Virus record (IMG/VR): IMGVR_UViG_3300031997_000001
Coordinates: 171,459-235,458 of that record
Reading direction: 5' to 3' (one strand)
DNA: 64,000 nt
The position numbers and the translations under genes are program-made. Under the pieces are notes generated by a model that worked only from the letters and a program-made list of their open reading frames with translations, did not search any database and was not told the DNA's origin. Shown here piece by piece: positions 62,105 to 64,000 of the stretch. The first letter of the stretch is position 1. Every line of letters starts with the position of its first letter.

Positions 62105-63221
62105 TTAAAATACTGGCTTTGCGTCGTCGACTGCCTTGAGAATCCTGCCCATGTCATACGAAGCGATTTTGACGACGTCGACCATGGGAATTCGGATGAT
62201 AGTATTGTTTCTAGCCAGCATGAGATCCGCACCCATGGAACCGACGACTATCCAATCCCCTTTGGGCGTGGCTGGCCTGCCCTTTGGGCCGGAGACATAT
62301 TTGACGTGCTTTTCTTCCTTCAAACGGACGATGTCATTTTGTCTAAACATAAAGCCTTCCTCAAAGATATGTTGACCATTAAATGGAGACTGCCATGAAC
62401 GCTAGTGAGAAGCTCCTCCTGGAAGCCGTCCGCAACATGTTGCACCAGGATGCTAGGCTAGGTCTGGCTTATCACAAGCCGGACCAGGTGAAGCGGGAGT
62501 CTTCTCACTTCATGCAGTTCCATCGAGAGACCATCGACGATATGTACCAGCTTGCGATCTCCGAAAGTAAGTTCGCCGACTCCCTCACTGCCGCATTCAG
62601 CAAGGTTCACTGCCACAAGTACATCGACGATCCGACGTTCAAGCTGGCGATGGACACCGAAATGCGCTCCATGGGCCTCCCGCAAGAGGACCGCGACCTC
62701 GCCCTGAAGTCAGTCGACAAGGTTATCAAGGAGCTGGTGGAGGGCGGAGAGAGGGCTGCTGGCTGGAATCCGCGGATGGACGAGCTGGTCGACCTCACCT
62801 CCAATGCCGACAAGCACGAAATGTCTCACGAGCCGCCCTGGACCGGGGGCGGGCCAAACCCACAACCTGAGAGGGACAAGGCCCTAAAAGCTGCAAAATG
62901 AGACTGACCGCGCTATTCGAATCCACAGCAGGCGACCTCAAGCAAGCCATGGGTCTGCGGTATTTCAAGAGAATGCAGGACCCGCTTAGATCATACCCCG
63001 CACAAAAGAAGCTCCTGCCACAGAGATCTGGTAATCAAGATACGCCGCTCAAGCCGAGGCATCGGATTTACTTCAATGCGCCGATTGGCGCCGTACAGGG
63101 GAAGATTGGCCGCGGAAGTCCATTAGGCGGGGATCTGATGGGCGGGGACGCTGGACCGAAGCGGAAGGGCTCAAGGCACTCCGGCTTCCTTCAGAGGAAG
63201 GGCAAATTCGACAGGCCCTAG
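62105..63221. CDS. hypothetical genes 62105-62350 minus, 62383-62901 plus, 62898-63221 plus (MRLTALFE start)
   Basis: Clean ORFs; the last carries the MRLxxLxE motif. Confidence 0.6.
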
Positions 63222-63991
63222 AGTTTCGACACCTCACCAGCTCCGTTGCACTTCGTACATATCTGACCGTTGATGGCCGTCTTCCCCTTTCCCTGGCAGA
63301 GCGTGCATGTCCGCAGGGCGTATCCGTCCTTGTTGAAGGAGTGCGCGTTCTCGTTCTGGTCCAGTTGGCTTTTCAGGTTCTTGAGCCGCGCCTGCATAGC
63401 AGCGTCCCCACCGGTCTGGACTACCCGGATGTTCGTCTCGCCCGCCTCGCTCACGATCTTCTTCGGCAATTTAATGGGCAGGCCGTCTCCACGCTCGTAA
63501 ATCTGCTCCGTGGTTGATAGGACCTTTGGTGCCTTCTTCTTGTCGATTTCGTGAGCAGCGAATCTGGGTGCCTCGGTATCCTCCGGAACATTGGCAAGTA
63601 GAGGCCTTCCTTGCGTAGAAACGGCAGATTGAGCGTCTGATTGCTGTGAAGCCGGCGCAGCCTGGGGCGCAGGTTGCGATGTCTGCTCTCCAGATTTCTG
63701 GACGTGCACGATAGTAGGCCCAGCAGCCTTAGCGGGCACTGAGACTTTGATAGCCTGCCCTGCCGGGGCAGTGTCCATGACGTCGAAGCCGTATTGCTTG
63801 GCTTGCTGCTTCAATTTCTCGATAGCCTGTTTCTTCTTTAGGTAGGCCTTCTTCAGAGACGGAAGTTGCGTCTTGTTCTGGTGCTGTTCGCACAGGGAGA
63901 TGGCTACCGGCGATTCCCCTTCCACGAGGGACATCGTCATGTCTATGACGATCTTCTCCTGTGTTCCGCAGTAGAGGCAACATTTTGCCAT
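63218..63991 (-). CDS. Cys-rich protein with N-terminal Zn site and C-terminal DnaJ-like CxxCxGxG motifs
   Basis: CLYCG...LCEQH; CTLCQGKG...CTKCNGAG; preceded by TAAATA. Confidence 0.6.
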   Translation of the reverse strand: MAKCCLYCGTQEKIVIDMTMSLVEGESPVAISLCEQHQNKTQLPSLKKAYLKKKQAIEKLKQQAKQYGFDVMDTAPAGQAIKVSVPAKAAGPTIVHVQKSGEQTSQPAPQAAPASQQSDAQSAVSTQGRPLLANVPEDTEAPRFAAHEIDKKKAPKVLSTTEQIYERGDGLPIKLPKKIVSEAGETNIRVVQTGGDAAMQARLKNLKSQLDQNENAHSFNKDGYALRTCTLCQGKGKTAINGQICTKCNGAGEVSKL

Positions 63992-64000
63992 GGTATTTAA

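Overview
This window looks like part of a large dsDNA bacteriophage genome. I found no rRNA, tRNA or classical CRISPR array. Left arm (1-29 kb): very GC-rich, almost all minus-strand, with a LAGLIDADG and an HNH-type endonuclease, adjacent NAD- and ATP-dependent ligase genes, an AAA-ATPase/DUF1257/DUF2997 module, many small hypothetical genes, duplicated cassettes and repeated covarying hairpins. Right arm: lower GC, with T4-like features (TAAATA late-promoter boxes, RNase H-type 5'-3' exonuclease, gp32-like SSB, UvsY-like protein, DnaB/gp41-type helicase, RecA, a minimal PolA-like protein, two glycosyltransferases). The stand-out is 34784-36581 (minus strand): a sigma70-type promoter, a putative wHTH gene, five blocks of in-register GGY-NN pentamer repeats (93 units) each closed by a conserved tail, and a stand-alone Cas7-like RAMP gene. 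This suggests a compact, cas-free, putatively RNA-guided system of the VIPR type. Other notable signals are a shared N-terminal M[RK]LxxLxE motif on five unrelated plus-strand proteins and miniature capsid (gp23)-like and portal (gp20)-like genes. All family assignments come from motifs recognised by eye; no database search was run.
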